Of a stretch of DNA of 64,000 nt, positions 49,381-59,313 are shown in pieces. The stretch is from a virus (lineage: Duplodnaviria; Caudoviricetes), in IMG/VR virus record IMGVR_UViG_2721755486_000003. One strand, 5' to 3'. The position numbers were made by a program, and so were the translations under genes. Below the pieces are notes generated by a model. That model was not told the origin of the DNA. It was given only the letters and a program-made list of their open reading frames with translations, and did no database searches. Positions within the stretch are counted from its first letter, which is position 1; every line of letters starts with the position of its first letter.

Positions 49381-49872
49381 ATGCAGCGCATCCCTCTCGA
49401 AGGCAAGGTGTTCGGCAAGTGGACAGTGCTGTCCCGCGCCATGAACCCGCCCGCGCCAACGCGATACCTGTGCCGATGTGCGTGCGGCGTTGAGCGCGTC
49501 ATCGCCTCGCAGACGCTGCGCAGCGGCGAGTCTCGGTCGTGCGGCTGCCTTCGCGCCGAGATGATGCGCGCAAAGCAGACCAAGCACGGGCACTACGCAT
49601 CACCGACCTATCGCAGCTGGCGCGCGATGCTCGCTCGCTGCAGTGATCCCACCCACGAGCAGTTCAAGGACTACGGCGGCAGAGGGATCAAGGTCGCCGA
49701 AGCCTGGAAAACCAGCTTCCAAGCCTTTCTCGCGGACATGGGCGAGCGCCCGCCAGACAAGACGCTGGACCGCATCGAAAGCAACGGCAACTACGAACCC
49801 GGCAACTGCCGGTGGGCCACACGAACCGAGCAGAACCGCAACAAACGAGCCACCGCAAAGGACACGCAATGA
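49381..49872 (+). CDS. HNH homing-endonuclease-like protein
   Basis: C.C.CG, SCGC, YGGRGI, TLDRI..NGNYEPGNCRWAT. Confidence 0.88.
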   Translation: MQRIPLEGKVFGKWTVLSRAMNPPAPTRYLCRCACGVERVIASQTLRSGESRSCGCLRAEMMRAKQTKHGHYASPTYRSWRAMLARCSDPTHEQFKDYGGRGIKVAEAWKTSFQAFLADMGERPPDKTLDRIESNGNYEPGNCRWATRTEQNRNKRATAKDTQ

Positions 49873-50945
49873 CCGCCACCACTACCCTCGCCGAGATGAA
49901 ACAGAGCGCCGGCCCGCGCGAAGCGCAGATGCCGACCGTCCGCGCCGGCTTCTTCGATCTCCAAGGCTTCGAGCTCATGCAGCGCGTCGCCAAGGCTTTC
50001 GTGAGCACCGACCTCGTGCCCAAGGCCTACCGCGGCAACCTGGCCAGCTGCATGATCGCGCTGAACATGGCGCAGCGTATGAACGCGGACCCGATCTTCA
50101 TTATGCAGAACCTGTACGACGTGCACGGGCAACCGAGCTGGTCGAGCAAGTTCCTGATCGCCACGGTCAACGCCTGCGGCCGCTACGCCTCGCTCAAGTA
50201 CGAATGGCGCAACGAGGACAAGCCCGGCTCCGAGGACTACGGCTGCCGCGCCTGGACCACCGAGAAGGCAACGGGCGAGCGCCTGAATGGGGTCTGGGTG
50301 ACCTGGAAGATGGTCCGCGCCGAGGGCTGGGACTCGAAGAACGGGTCCAAGTGGAAGACCATGCCCGACCAGATGTTCATGTACCGGGCGGCGGCATTCT
50401 GGGCGCGCACCAACGCACCCGAACTGAGCATGGGCCTGCCGACAGTGGAAGAGTCGATGGACATCATCGACGTCCATCCGGACGGCACGTTCAGTGTCTC
50501 CGGCGCCACGGTGGACGAACTGCGTGGCGGCGCGCGACAGCCACGCGCGCAGCGCGCCCAGCCTGCCCGCCCTGCCGAAGTGGTCGAACGCCAGCCCGAG
50601 ACGTTCGCCACGACCTCCGGCGATGACGCGCCCACCGGCACTGCCGAGGGTGACCAGGAAGACGACCTGCTGCCGCCCGACGATGGCGACCCGGGCACGA
50701 CCACCGACGCCGCCGGCGCCCGCACCTTCCAGGAAGTGAACCGCGAGCTGCTGGGCGCGAAGTCCGTCGAGGATCTCGACTATGCCCGCAGCCTGATCCG
50801 CGACGTGGCCGACGAGAAGGAAAAGGCCTCGCTCAACCAGGTGGCCGCGCGCCGCATGCGCGAGTTGGCCTCGCCGGCGGACGCCGAACCGGCCGCTGCA
50901 GCCCAGCCGGCGCGTCGCACGCGCACCCCGATCGGCGCCGAGTGA
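49869..50945 (+). CDS. RecT-like single-strand annealing recombinase
   Basis: VP..YRGN...C.IAL, GSKWKTMPDQM..YRA. Confidence 0.8.
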   Translation: MTATTTLAEMKQSAGPREAQMPTVRAGFFDLQGFELMQRVAKAFVSTDLVPKAYRGNLASCMIALNMAQRMNADPIFIMQNLYDVHGQPSWSSKFLIATVNACGRYASLKYEWRNEDKPGSEDYGCRAWTTEKATGERLNGVWVTWKMVRAEGWDSKNGSKWKTMPDQMFMYRAAAFWARTNAPELSMGLPTVEESMDIIDVHPDGTFSVSGATVDELRGGARQPRAQRAQPARPAEVVERQPETFATTSGDDAPTGTAEGDQEDDLLPPDDGDPGTTTDAAGARTFQEVNRELLGAKSVEDLDYARSLIRDVADEKEKASLNQVAARRMRELASPADAEPAAAAQPARRTRTPIGAE

Positions 50946-50956
50946 GATAGACGGCC

Positions 50957-51637
50957 ATGGACAAGTTCCAATTCATGGGCAACGCGACCATCCTGCACCT
51001 GAACACCAGGAAGGAAGGCCCCGAGGACGCGCAAGAACTGGCGGTCGACCTGAAGCTGAAGGCGACGGCCGACGTCATGATCACGCGCTACTTCGACGAG
51101 CAGCTGGCCACCTTCGTCTTCCTGTCGAACGGCGCGGTGCGCAACAAGGTCATGGGCCCCATCACCTTCGCCCATGAGCTGGAGAGTTACCGCCTGGACA
51201 TGGTCGGCAGCACCTTCACCGGCGTGCGCGTCAAGAAGTTTGCGCTCGAACCCAAGGACGGCTTCAAGGTCGGTGTGACCTTCGCGGTCTCGTTCAAGCC
51301 CAGCGGCGACGAGGTGGCGCGCGTCGCCGAGTTCCTGCAGGACGAGATTGACCTGTGCCTGACGCCGAGCGACAGCGAACTGGACTTCGGCGACGGCGGC
51401 GCGGCTCACAGTCACGTCAACACCTACGACGGCGCCGACGACGAGCTGCTTCCGGCGGCGCGTGAGCTGGTCGCCAGCCACCGCAGCGCGTCCATTTCCC
51501 TGGTCCAGCGCCATCTTCGCATCGGCTACAACCGCGCCGCCCGCCTCCTTGAGGCCCTCGAAGCACGAGGCGACGTGTCAGCCACCGACGCCGCTGGGAA
51601 TCGCATGGTCCTGATCACCGCAGAGGCAACAGCATGA
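50957..51637 (+). CDS. Protein with C-terminal FtsK gamma domain
   Basis: ASISLVQRHLRIGYNRAARLLE.LE..G.V. Confidence 0.85.
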   Translation: MDKFQFMGNATILHLNTRKEGPEDAQELAVDLKLKATADVMITRYFDEQLATFVFLSNGAVRNKVMGPITFAHELESYRLDMVGSTFTGVRVKKFALEPKDGFKVGVTFAVSFKPSGDEVARVAEFLQDEIDLCLTPSDSELDFGDGGAAHSHVNTYDGADDELLPAARELVASHRSASISLVQRHLRIGYNRAARLLEALEARGDVSATDAAGNRMVLITAEATA

Positions 51638-53373
51638 AGATCACCGCCATCCACATCCGCAACTTCCTGGGCATCCAGGCCGCCGACATCATCCCGGCCA
51701 CGCCGGTCTCGCTGATCTGCGGCCCGAACGGCGCCGGCAAGAGTTCGATTCAAGAGGCTGTCCGCCTGGCGCTGGCCGGCGAGAGCGTGCGCGTCGGCCT
51801 GAAGAAGGACTACGGCCAGCTGCTGCACGACGGCGCCGAGACGGGCTCGATCGTCGTCTCGGCCGGCCCTCAGGCCAACAGCGTGCCCCTGCCCTCCGGC
51901 AAGGCCAAGAACGGGCTGCCCGACGATCCGCGCCTGGCCTACGTGCTGGACGCCCAGCGCTTCGCCAGCTTGGACGAGAAGGCGCGCCGCGCGTTCCTCT
52001 TCGACCTGATGGGCCTGAAGCTGGGGACCGACATGGTGCGTGAGCGCCTGGCCGCCCGCGGCTGCGATGCGAAGAAGATCGCGGCCGTCCTGCCGCTGGT
52101 GCGTGCCGGCTTCGACGCGGCCGCCAAGGAAGCGCAGACCAAGGCCACCGCCGCCAAGGGCGCCTGGCGCGCGCTGACGAACGAGAACTACGGCGCCGTG
52201 AAGGCGGCCGACTGGACCGCGCCGGTCCCCGCCGGTGGCCCGGCGCCCCAGGATGCCGCCGCCGCGATCGCCGAGCTCGAAGCCGAGATCGCGGAGGCCA
52301 CCGGCGACGCCGGCGACCTGCAGCGCCAGTTGGGCCAGATGGACGCGGCTGAGCAGCAGCGCCGGCAGCGCGCCGAGAAAATCGCCGGGCTGGTGTCCAA
52401 GGCCGACCAACTGCCGAAGGCGGAAGAATCCGTCGCGCGCGCCCTGGCCGAACGCGATGCCTTCCTGCCCAAAGTGGAAGCCCTGCGCGCGGCCGCCGGC
52501 GGCAAGCAGGCCGGCGTGTCGTGCACCTGCCCGGAATGCGGCGCCCTGCTGCAGTACCTGGCCGGCCAGCTGGCGCAGCGCGGGGTCGCCCAGGCCGACC
52601 CGGACGCCGCCGGCCGGCTGCCCGAGTACGAGCGCAGCCTGACCGTGCTGGAGAACGCCCTGAAAAGCCGCACGGCCGAGCGCGACGCCGCGGCGGCGGC
52701 CGCCAACCAAGCCGAGCTGCTGCGCAAGGACGCCGCGGCCGACGCCGGCGACGACGCCGAGCTGCGCGGCAAAATCGAGAGCGAGCTGAAGACCCTGCAG
52801 GAAGCCATCAAGGGCGTCGGCGAAGAACTGACCGCCGCGCGCGCGGCGCAGCGCGCTGCCGGCGAGGCCGCCGAGCTGACCCGCAAGGCCGGCCAGCACC
52901 ACGCCGACGTGGTCGCCTGGGAAGCCCTGGCCGAGGCCCTGGGCCCCAGCGGCATCCCGGCCGACCTGCTGGCCGAGGCCCTGGGCCCCATCAACGAGCA
53001 GTTGGCGGCCGCGGCAAACCTGTCCGAGTGGTTCCGGGTCGGCATCGAGCGCGACATGACCATCACCGCCGGCGACGGCCGGCTCTATGCCCTGCTGTCC
53101 GAATCCGAGCAGTGGCGCGCGGACGCCATGGTCGCCTACGCCATTGGCAAGCTCACCGGCCTGCGCCTGCTGGTGCTCGACCGCGCGGACGTGCTGATCG
53201 GCGCCGAGCGCGACCGGCTCTTCTGGTGGCTGGCTGACCTGGCTGACGCCGGCGAGATCGACACCGCGCTGGTGTTCATGAGCCTCAAGAGCATGCCGAC
53301 GGGGCTGCCCGAGGGGATCACCCCCTTCTGGGTGCAGGACCACCAGGTCGGCACTGTGCGGGAGGCGGCGTGA
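51634..53373 (+). CDS. Rad50/SbcC-like coiled-coil ATPase
   Basis: GPNGAGKSS, CPEC hook, LSESE signature, LVLD. Confidence 0.88.
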   Translation: MKITAIHIRNFLGIQAADIIPATPVSLICGPNGAGKSSIQEAVRLALAGESVRVGLKKDYGQLLHDGAETGSIVVSAGPQANSVPLPSGKAKNGLPDDPRLAYVLDAQRFASLDEKARRAFLFDLMGLKLGTDMVRERLAARGCDAKKIAAVLPLVRAGFDAAAKEAQTKATAAKGAWRALTNENYGAVKAADWTAPVPAGGPAPQDAAAAIAELEAEIAEATGDAGDLQRQLGQMDAAEQQRRQRAEKIAGLVSKADQLPKAEESVARALAERDAFLPKVEALRAAAGGKQAGVSCTCPECGALLQYLAGQLAQRGVAQADPDAAGRLPEYERSLTVLENALKSRTAERDAAAAAANQAELLRKDAAADAGDDAELRGKIESELKTLQEAIKGVGEELTAARAAQRAAGEAAELTRKAGQHHADVVAWEALAEALGPSGIPADLLAEALGPINEQLAAAANLSEWFRVGIERDMTITAGDGRLYALLSESEQWRADAMVAYAIGKLTGLRLLVLDRADVLIGAERDRLFWWLADLADAGEIDTALVFMSLKSMPTGLPEGITPFWVQDHQVGTVREAA

Positions 53374-53555
53374 TGGTCAGCACCACCACCATGATTCAGC
53401 GGCTGGAAGGGCTGCTGGGCACCGACGACCTGAACACCTCGGAACAGAGCTTCGTGCGCTCGCTGGCGACGCGCATGCACGCTGGCGAGGTGACGAAGCT
53501 CAGCGGCGACCAGGTCGAGAAGCTGGACGAGCTCCACGGGAGGCATTTCGCATGA
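53370..53555 (+). CDS. Small phage hypothetical protein
   Basis: Translationally coupled, protein-like. Confidence 0.7.
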   Translation: MMVSTTTMIQRLEGLLGTDDLNTSEQSFVRSLATRMHAGEVTKLSGDQVEKLDELHGRHFA

Positions 53556-53866
53556 ACCTCCCCCGCCACTTCACCCGCACCAACGTCCTGACGCACCTGC
53601 GCGAGAACGCCGGCAAGCGCTACACGCCCACCCAGATCGGCCACCTGTTCAAGCGGCCGACCGACCAGGCGCGCGAGATGCTGAGCGAGCTGTTCGAGGC
53701 TGGCCAGGTCCGCCGCATGGTCGACGGCAAGACCCGGATGTTCTTCATCCCGGCGCCGGAAGAGCTGCGCGAGCGGCCGACGCGCATCGTGGGCACCGGC
53801 GAGCTGCGCGGCTGGGAAGCCAGCCTGCGGCGCTTCTCGGACCTCTGCATGCTGGCGCGAGGCTGA
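53552..53866 (+). CDS. Winged-helix-like hypothetical protein
   Basis: YTPTQIG...LSELFEAGQV. Confidence 0.65.
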   Translation: MNLPRHFTRTNVLTHLRENAGKRYTPTQIGHLFKRPTDQAREMLSELFEAGQVRRMVDGKTRMFFIPAPEELRERPTRIVGTGELRGWEASLRRFSDLCMLARG

Positions 53867-53868
53867 CC

Positions 53869-54120
53869 ATGGACCAGACCCTGATCAACGACCTGCACCA
53901 GCGCGTAGCCACCGCCGAGCGCGAGCGCGACGAGGCGCAGCAGCTGCTGGCCATCGGCCGCGAGTCGGCGGTCCTCACCGCGGCGCGCGTGCTCGAGCTG
54001 GAACGGCTGGCGGCAGCTATCAACCACGCCGCGGCGAAGAGCCCCTTCCAGGCGCTCAGCCGCTGGGTGCACTTCGGGCCCGAGGCCGATCTTCTGAAAC
54101 GGATGCGAGACGCAGCATGA
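53869..54120 (+). CDS. Hypothetical protein
   Basis: Operon context, RBS. Confidence 0.65.
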   Translation: MDQTLINDLHQRVATAERERDEAQQLLAIGRESAVLTAARVLELERLAAAINHAAAKSPFQALSRWVHFGPEADLLKRMRDAA

Positions 54121-54389
54121 CCACCACCAAGACCAAGTACGAAAAACTCGACGCCCTGATCATGGCCGCCATCGTTGGCAACCCGATCGACTTCAACTCT
54201 ATCTACCAGCGGAACGTCAAGAAGGAGTGCGAGCGCATCGCGGACGAAGACAACAAGGCGCGCGACCTCCCGAAGTGGCGCGAAATTCATGGCTGGCGCA
54301 TTCTGGACCGCCGCCTGCAGGCCCTGCGCAAGGCCGGGAAGATCCGCCACACCGGCAAGGGCTGGGTACGTGCCCAGGAGGCAGCATGA
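54117..54389 (+). CDS. Phage hypothetical protein
   Basis: LDRRLQALRKAGKI...GW motif. Confidence 0.75.
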   Translation: MTTTKTKYEKLDALIMAAIVGNPIDFNSIYQRNVKKECERIADEDNKARDLPKWREIHGWRILDRRLQALRKAGKIRHTGKGWVRAQEAA

Positions 54390-55288
54390 CGCGCAATCAA
54401 ACACGCGAGGCGCAGGCATGGCTGCTCAACGTGATGGGCGATCACGACTTCACGATGCCGGCGGTGGCGTTCGACACGATCGTCGCCGCCCTCTCGCAGC
54501 AGAGCGAGCCAAGCGCATGGGTGCATGAGGACGACCCTACGCGCGTTATCTCGGCCGCTCAGAAGGCGGGAGCAGTGCGCGATGGTGGCGCAAGCGCTTC
54601 TTCTGTCCGACCTTACTCGTTGGCTGCCTTCGTTTGCCAGGCGCAGAGCGCATCGCTCCTCGACGCAAAGGCAGCGTTCGAAGTGTGGGCCCGTGGCCAG
54701 GGCCTGGACCCTCTGCCGGCCAGCGAGGGCTCGCTCCGCACCTATCGCTACCTCGAAACAGAGCATGCATGGCGAGGCTGGGCCAACAGCAAGCCGAGCG
54801 CATCGCCTGCCGCGCTGACAGATGAGCCAAGATGGGCACGCGCTGGGCTCACCGAGCATGAGGTGCAGCAAATCGCGTGGTCATACTTCCATGATGGCGA
54901 TACGGACTTGGGAGACATAAAGGCCGCCATCAAGCGTGCGCTCTGTGTCGCTGTGGATCGCGCTCTGCTCGCCTCCAAGCCCAGCGAGACGCGCGATGCG
55001 GACGAGTACGAAATGCGCGCGGACGGCAAGCGTGTGCACAAGGGCCGCTGGGAGGACGGCTTCCGCAGCATCGTCTCCATCGTGCGTGGGCCGCGCGGCG
55101 GCTTCGAGATTGACGAGATTGTGGAGCTGGTGCGCGGGTTGGCGCTTGATGCGGAGCGGTATCGACTGGCGCGGCGTGGGCAGCATTGGAGCGTGGTCGA
55201 CGGCATTGGAAACGCGTTGCGGGCGGAGGAACTGGATGCCGCCATCGACGCCGCCCTGGCCGCCCAGCGCGAGGGAGGTGCGGCATGA
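54386..55288 (+). CDS. Mosaic phage hypothetical protein (Ead/Ea22-type region)
   Basis: DAERYR...LDAAIDAA motif; patchwork composition. Confidence 0.7.
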   Translation: MTRNQTREAQAWLLNVMGDHDFTMPAVAFDTIVAALSQQSEPSAWVHEDDPTRVISAAQKAGAVRDGGASASSVRPYSLAAFVCQAQSASLLDAKAAFEVWARGQGLDPLPASEGSLRTYRYLETEHAWRGWANSKPSASPAALTDEPRWARAGLTEHEVQQIAWSYFHDGDTDLGDIKAAIKRALCVAVDRALLASKPSETRDADEYEMRADGKRVHKGRWEDGFRSIVSIVRGPRGGFEIDEIVELVRGLALDAERYRLARRGQHWSVVDGIGNALRAEELDAAIDAALAAQREGGAA

Positions 55289-57156
55289 TCCGCCGCGAGT
55301 ACAGAACGTTCGGCTTTTGCTGCGGCCTTGGCGGGGGTGCCAAAGGCTTCAAGAAGGCGGCCTCGCGCGTTGGCAACATGATCGCGACCTGGCGCTGCAT
55401 CGGGGGCATCGATGTGGACCCGGCCGCGGCGCGGGACTTCGAGATGCTCGTGGGTGTGCCATGCACGGTCATGGACCTATTCACGCGACAGCAATACACC
55501 GCCTTCTGGGACAAGGAGCCGCCAGCTGGCTGGCGCGAAGCACTGCCTATCGACATCCGGCGCGCCGCCGGCAACGAGCGGCCACATTGCGTGTTCATCT
55601 CGTCGCCGTGCAAAGGCGCGTCCGGCCTCCTGTCGGAGGCGCTGAGTCGCACGCCGAAGTACCAGGCGCTCAACGAGCTGACCCTACGATGCGTCTGGCT
55701 GATGTGCGAGGCGTGGAAGGACGACCCGCCCGAGCTGATCGTCTTCGAGAACGTGCCACGGTTGGCCACGCGCGGCCGGCACCTGCTCGACCAGATCGGC
55801 CAGATCCTGCGGCACTATGGCTATGCGGTGAACGAGACCACGCACGACTGTGGTGTGATCGGCGGCCTGGCACAGAGCCGCAAGCGGTTCCTCCTGGTCG
55901 CACGGCACACCGCGAAGGTGCCAGCCTTCTTGTACGAGCCGCCTGTGCGACGACTGCAAGGCGTCGGTACAGTGCTCGGCCGTATGCCGCTGCCCGGTGC
56001 GACCGCCGGCGGCCCGATGCACCGCGTGCCAGCGCTGCAGTGGAAGACGTGGGTGCGCTTGGCCTTTGTCGAGGCCGGCAGCGACTGGCGCAGCCTGAAC
56101 AAGCTGGCGGTTCAGGACGGCTACCTGAGCGACTACCTGATCCTGCCCGAGCGCCGCGGTGGCCATCTGGGCGTGGTGGACTGGCACGAGCCAGCCGGCA
56201 CCGTGGCTGGCGAATCGCTGCCGACGAATGGGGCATTCTCGGTGGCAGATCCTCGTCACGCAGCCGGCGCGGCCCAATACCAGCAGTACGGAGTTCTCCG
56301 CTGGGGCGAGGCGTCCGGTGCCATCACGGCCGGCACCAATCCCGGGCAGGGCACGTTCAGCGTCGCGGATCCACGCCATGACGGCACGCCGAAGCACAAC
56401 AACGAGTTCCGGATCGTGCCGTGGCAGCAGGCTGCTGGCGCCGTTACCAGTGCCCACGGCACCGGGCAGTGCGTGCAGGATCCGCGCGCCTCAACCGGCT
56501 TCGAAGGCGCAGGAAAGTACCGCGTCACCGGCTACGACGAACCGGCCGGCACGGTCATCGCGCGCAGCGACACCGGCCAAGGCGCATTTGCTGTGGCCGA
56601 CCCGCGCCCGGGTATGCGCCGCGAGCGCGGCGATGCCTACCTGACCGGCGGTCACTACGGCGTGGTCGGCTGGGATCAGCACAGCGGCGCCGTCTCGGCA
56701 GCTGCCGGTCATGACAACGGGCGATGGTCGGTCGCTGACCCGCGGTTGCCCCTGGCCAACGACAAGCTGGTAGCCGTCATCCGCGCGTTGGATGGAACTT
56801 GGCACCGCCCCTTCACCACGCTGGAGCTGGCGGCCCTGCAGAGCCTCATCGATCCGGCCGAGCTGTGGTCAGCTGACCCGAAGGTCCAGCGGGAAATCGA
56901 TACCTTCGACGCGCACAACCGCGCCGCCCTGCTTGGCCCCAAGGCCTTCAAGTTGGATGGCGAGAGCGACCAGGCCTGGCGCGAGCGCATCGGCAACGCG
57001 GTACCGCCGGATGCCGCCCAGGCGATCGCCGAGGTGATGGGCACCACGCTACTGCTGGCGGAAACCGGCGAGACGTTCATGCTGTCGGCCACGCCGGTTT
57101 GGGTGCGCCCGGTGGCCGTTGCGCTCTCCGTTGCGCAACAGGCGGAGGCTGCTTGA
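55285..57156 (+). CDS. DNA cytosine-5 methyltransferase with tandem internal repeats
   Basis: CCGLGGG, SSPCKG, FENV, QSRKR, IGNAVPP. Confidence 0.92.
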   Translation: MIRREYRTFGFCCGLGGGAKGFKKAASRVGNMIATWRCIGGIDVDPAAARDFEMLVGVPCTVMDLFTRQQYTAFWDKEPPAGWREALPIDIRRAAGNERPHCVFISSPCKGASGLLSEALSRTPKYQALNELTLRCVWLMCEAWKDDPPELIVFENVPRLATRGRHLLDQIGQILRHYGYAVNETTHDCGVIGGLAQSRKRFLLVARHTAKVPAFLYEPPVRRLQGVGTVLGRMPLPGATAGGPMHRVPALQWKTWVRLAFVEAGSDWRSLNKLAVQDGYLSDYLILPERRGGHLGVVDWHEPAGTVAGESLPTNGAFSVADPRHAAGAAQYQQYGVLRWGEASGAITAGTNPGQGTFSVADPRHDGTPKHNNEFRIVPWQQAAGAVTSAHGTGQCVQDPRASTGFEGAGKYRVTGYDEPAGTVIARSDTGQGAFAVADPRPGMRRERGDAYLTGGHYGVVGWDQHSGAVSAAAGHDNGRWSVADPRLPLANDKLVAVIRALDGTWHRPFTTLELAALQSLIDPAELWSADPKVQREIDTFDAHNRAALLGPKAFKLDGESDQAWRERIGNAVPPDAAQAIAEVMGTTLLLAETGETFMLSATPVWVRPVAVALSVAQQAEAA

Positions 57157-57158
57157 TG

Positions 57159-57683
57159 TTAGTGAATATTTTTCACCTCGGTTTCGATCTTGCCTCGAAT
57201 GTCTTCGATGGCAGTTCGCATCTGCTTGAGCGCCTTGAAGAAGGCCTCAAACTGCGCCGCGTCCATTTCGCGATGGAACTCCAGCGCCGCCGCCACCTGC
57301 TCCTTCAGTTGCCGGGTCAGCGACCCCAGCATGATGACAAAAGTAACGAGGTTCGCGGTGTTGAGCTCGTGCAGAGGGATGCCCGACACGCTGCGGTCAA
57401 TCTGCACGAGAACCTGCTGGTCAAAATGCTTGTTGCCCTGGGCGATGTCGTATACGGCCTGACGATCAGGGATCTCTTTGATGACATGCCCGGCAGTGTC
57501 GCGCGCAGCCTCAGCAATCTTCTGCACCGCTTCGCCAAGAGTCTTGCGCGCGTGCTGCCTGTCGGAGCGCTGCAACCGGACGCTGGTATGCCCGGCCCAC
57601 CAGATAGCCGCGACCGATGCCACCGCCTGAACCCATCCAGCCAGTGCAGGATGCGCTTCGATCCAACCCAGGATGCCTGCCAT
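57159..57683 (-). CDS. Antisense-oriented moron with N-terminal TM helix
   Basis: AGWVQAVASVAAIW motif; fills the gap between two plus-strand genes. Confidence 0.7.
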   Translation of the reverse strand: MAGILGWIEAHPALAGWVQAVASVAAIWWAGHTSVRLQRSDRQHARKTLGEAVQKIAEAARDTAGHVIKEIPDRQAVYDIAQGNKHFDQQVLVQIDRSVSGIPLHELNTANLVTFVIMLGSLTRQLKEQVAAALEFHREMDAAQFEAFFKALKQMRTAIEDIRGKIETEVKNIH

Positions 57684-58407
57684 GCGTGAACTCCCTATTC
57701 TCTTTTCTGGCGCCATGGTACGCGCCGTCCTCGACGGCCGGAAGACGCAGACGCGGCGCGTGGTGAAGCCGCAGCCAGGCCCGTACTGGAACCCTCTCGT
57801 CGGAGCCTACAACCCTACCGTCATCGCCAATGGCGGATATGAAGTGCCCGGTTCGGAAATCTTCGGCGCATCGGATGAAACAGAAGGTCGTAAGAGCCCT
57901 TACGGTCAGTCTGGCGATCGCCTGTGGGTGCGCGAGACGTGGGCACAGCCGGCAGCGCTGGACCCGGGCCCGACCGTCTATCGCGCAGACTACCCGGCCT
58001 GCGTGCCGGCCGGCTTCGAAAACGTCCCGCCAGCCGAGACGATTACCTGGAAGCCGAGCATCCACATGCCGCGCGCGCTGTGCCGGCTGATGCTGGAGAT
58101 CAGCGGCGTGCGCGTCGAGCGGCTGCAGGACATTAGCGAGGAGGACGCGCTGGCCGAGGGCGTGGCGCAGGTGGACGTCGAGCGGTATGAGCCAGACCAC
58201 TCCATCTGCCGCTGGTGCGGCGGAACTCGTCTCTACACCGCCATCAGTGCTGGCGGTGGTGCCCTGCCGGATACGGACTGCCTGCACTGCGACACGCACG
58301 TGAAGCGGTACGAGCAACTGTGGGAAGAGATCAACGGCGCCGGCACCTGGGAGACCAATCCCTGGGTGTGGGTGGTGGAGTTTAGGAGGGTCCAATGCGC
58401 GAACTGA
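57682..58407 (+). CDS. ASCH/PUA-like phage protein
   Basis: GRKTQTRR, GDRLWVRETW, WKPSIHMPR, NPWVWVVEF. Confidence 0.85.
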   Translation: MRELPILFSGAMVRAVLDGRKTQTRRVVKPQPGPYWNPLVGAYNPTVIANGGYEVPGSEIFGASDETEGRKSPYGQSGDRLWVRETWAQPAALDPGPTVYRADYPACVPAGFENVPPAETITWKPSIHMPRALCRLMLEISGVRVERLQDISEEDALAEGVAQVDVERYEPDHSICRWCGGTRLYTAISAGGGALPDTDCLHCDTHVKRYEQLWEEINGAGTWETNPWVWVVEFRRVQCAN

Positions 58408-58607
58408 CGCTGGACGAATATCGACAGGCCCGCGCGGCCATACAGGTCGAACGTTACCCCGGCACCGCCCCGTCTCTCGACGACTGGGACCCTGTCATGG
58501 TGGCCGGCGCGCTGGTAAGCCTGCGGCGCCCGCGCACTCTGGTGTGCAGCCCACAGGGACTGGCGGACCTCTTCCCGTGTCTCGCTCGCAAGTCGGAGGC
58601 TCCATGA
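58395..58607 (+). CDS. Hypothetical protein
   Basis: AGGAGG RBS, coupled. Confidence 0.6.
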   Translation: MRELTLDEYRQARAAIQVERYPGTAPSLDDWDPVMVAGALVSLRRPRTLVCSPQGLADLFPCLARKSEAP

Positions 58608-59140
58608 AGCGCCTGATCACCCAGACCCTCGTCGGCGAGGCCGGCGCCATCCTCTCGGACTGCGAGCAGTACCGCTACCGCCTCTGGCGCGAGTGGGACA
58701 GCAGCCGGCCGGCGCTCGGCTTCATCATGCTCAACCCGTCGACGGCAGACCACGAGGTCGACGACCCGACCATCACCCGGTGCCTGCAGCGCGCGATCGC
58801 CGGCAAGTACGGCCGCCTGGAAGTGGTCAACCTCTTCCCGCTGCGCTCGACCGATCCGGACGGGTTGCTGACGCACCCGGCCCCGCTGGGCGAGCGCGCG
58901 GACCAGAACGACGGCGCCATCATGGACGCGATCGACCGGTGCGCGATGGTCATCTGCGCCTGGGGCGCCCACAAGGCGGCGCCGGCGCGCGCGGCCGAGG
59001 TGCTGCGCATCGTCCGGATGTGCGGCCGCGGGAAGCTGCTCTATCACCTCGGGCTGAACCAGGACGGCAGCCCGAAGCACCCGCTCTACATCGCGGCCAA
59101 GACGCGGCCGCAACCATTCAAGCCAGAGGATCAATCGTGA
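58604..59140 (+). CDS. DUF1643 domain protein
   Basis: YRYRLWR.W, MLNPSTAD, DDPT..RC, CAWG, PKHPLY. Confidence 0.9.
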   Translation: MKRLITQTLVGEAGAILSDCEQYRYRLWREWDSSRPALGFIMLNPSTADHEVDDPTITRCLQRAIAGKYGRLEVVNLFPLRSTDPDGLLTHPAPLGERADQNDGAIMDAIDRCAMVICAWGAHKAAPARAAEVLRIVRMCGRGKLLYHLGLNQDGSPKHPLYIAAKTRPQPFKPEDQS

Positions 59141-59313
59141 CAGAGCAACAGAAGAAGGCCATCCGCCGCGCCGCCGAGCTGTTGGACAGCATCGCCAGCG
59201 AGATGGACGAGACCTTCATGGTTGGGCGCCGCTGGGAAGGCAGCGAAGCACAGAAACAGGACCGCGACGAGTACCGGAAGCTGGCCACAGCCCTGAGGGC
59301 CATCCCAGCATGA
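59137..59313 (+). CDS. Small hypothetical protein
   Basis: GTG start with GAGG RBS, coupled. Confidence 0.55.
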   Translation: MTEQQKKAIRRAAELLDSIASEMDETFMVGRRWEGSEAQKQDRDEYRKLATALRAIPA

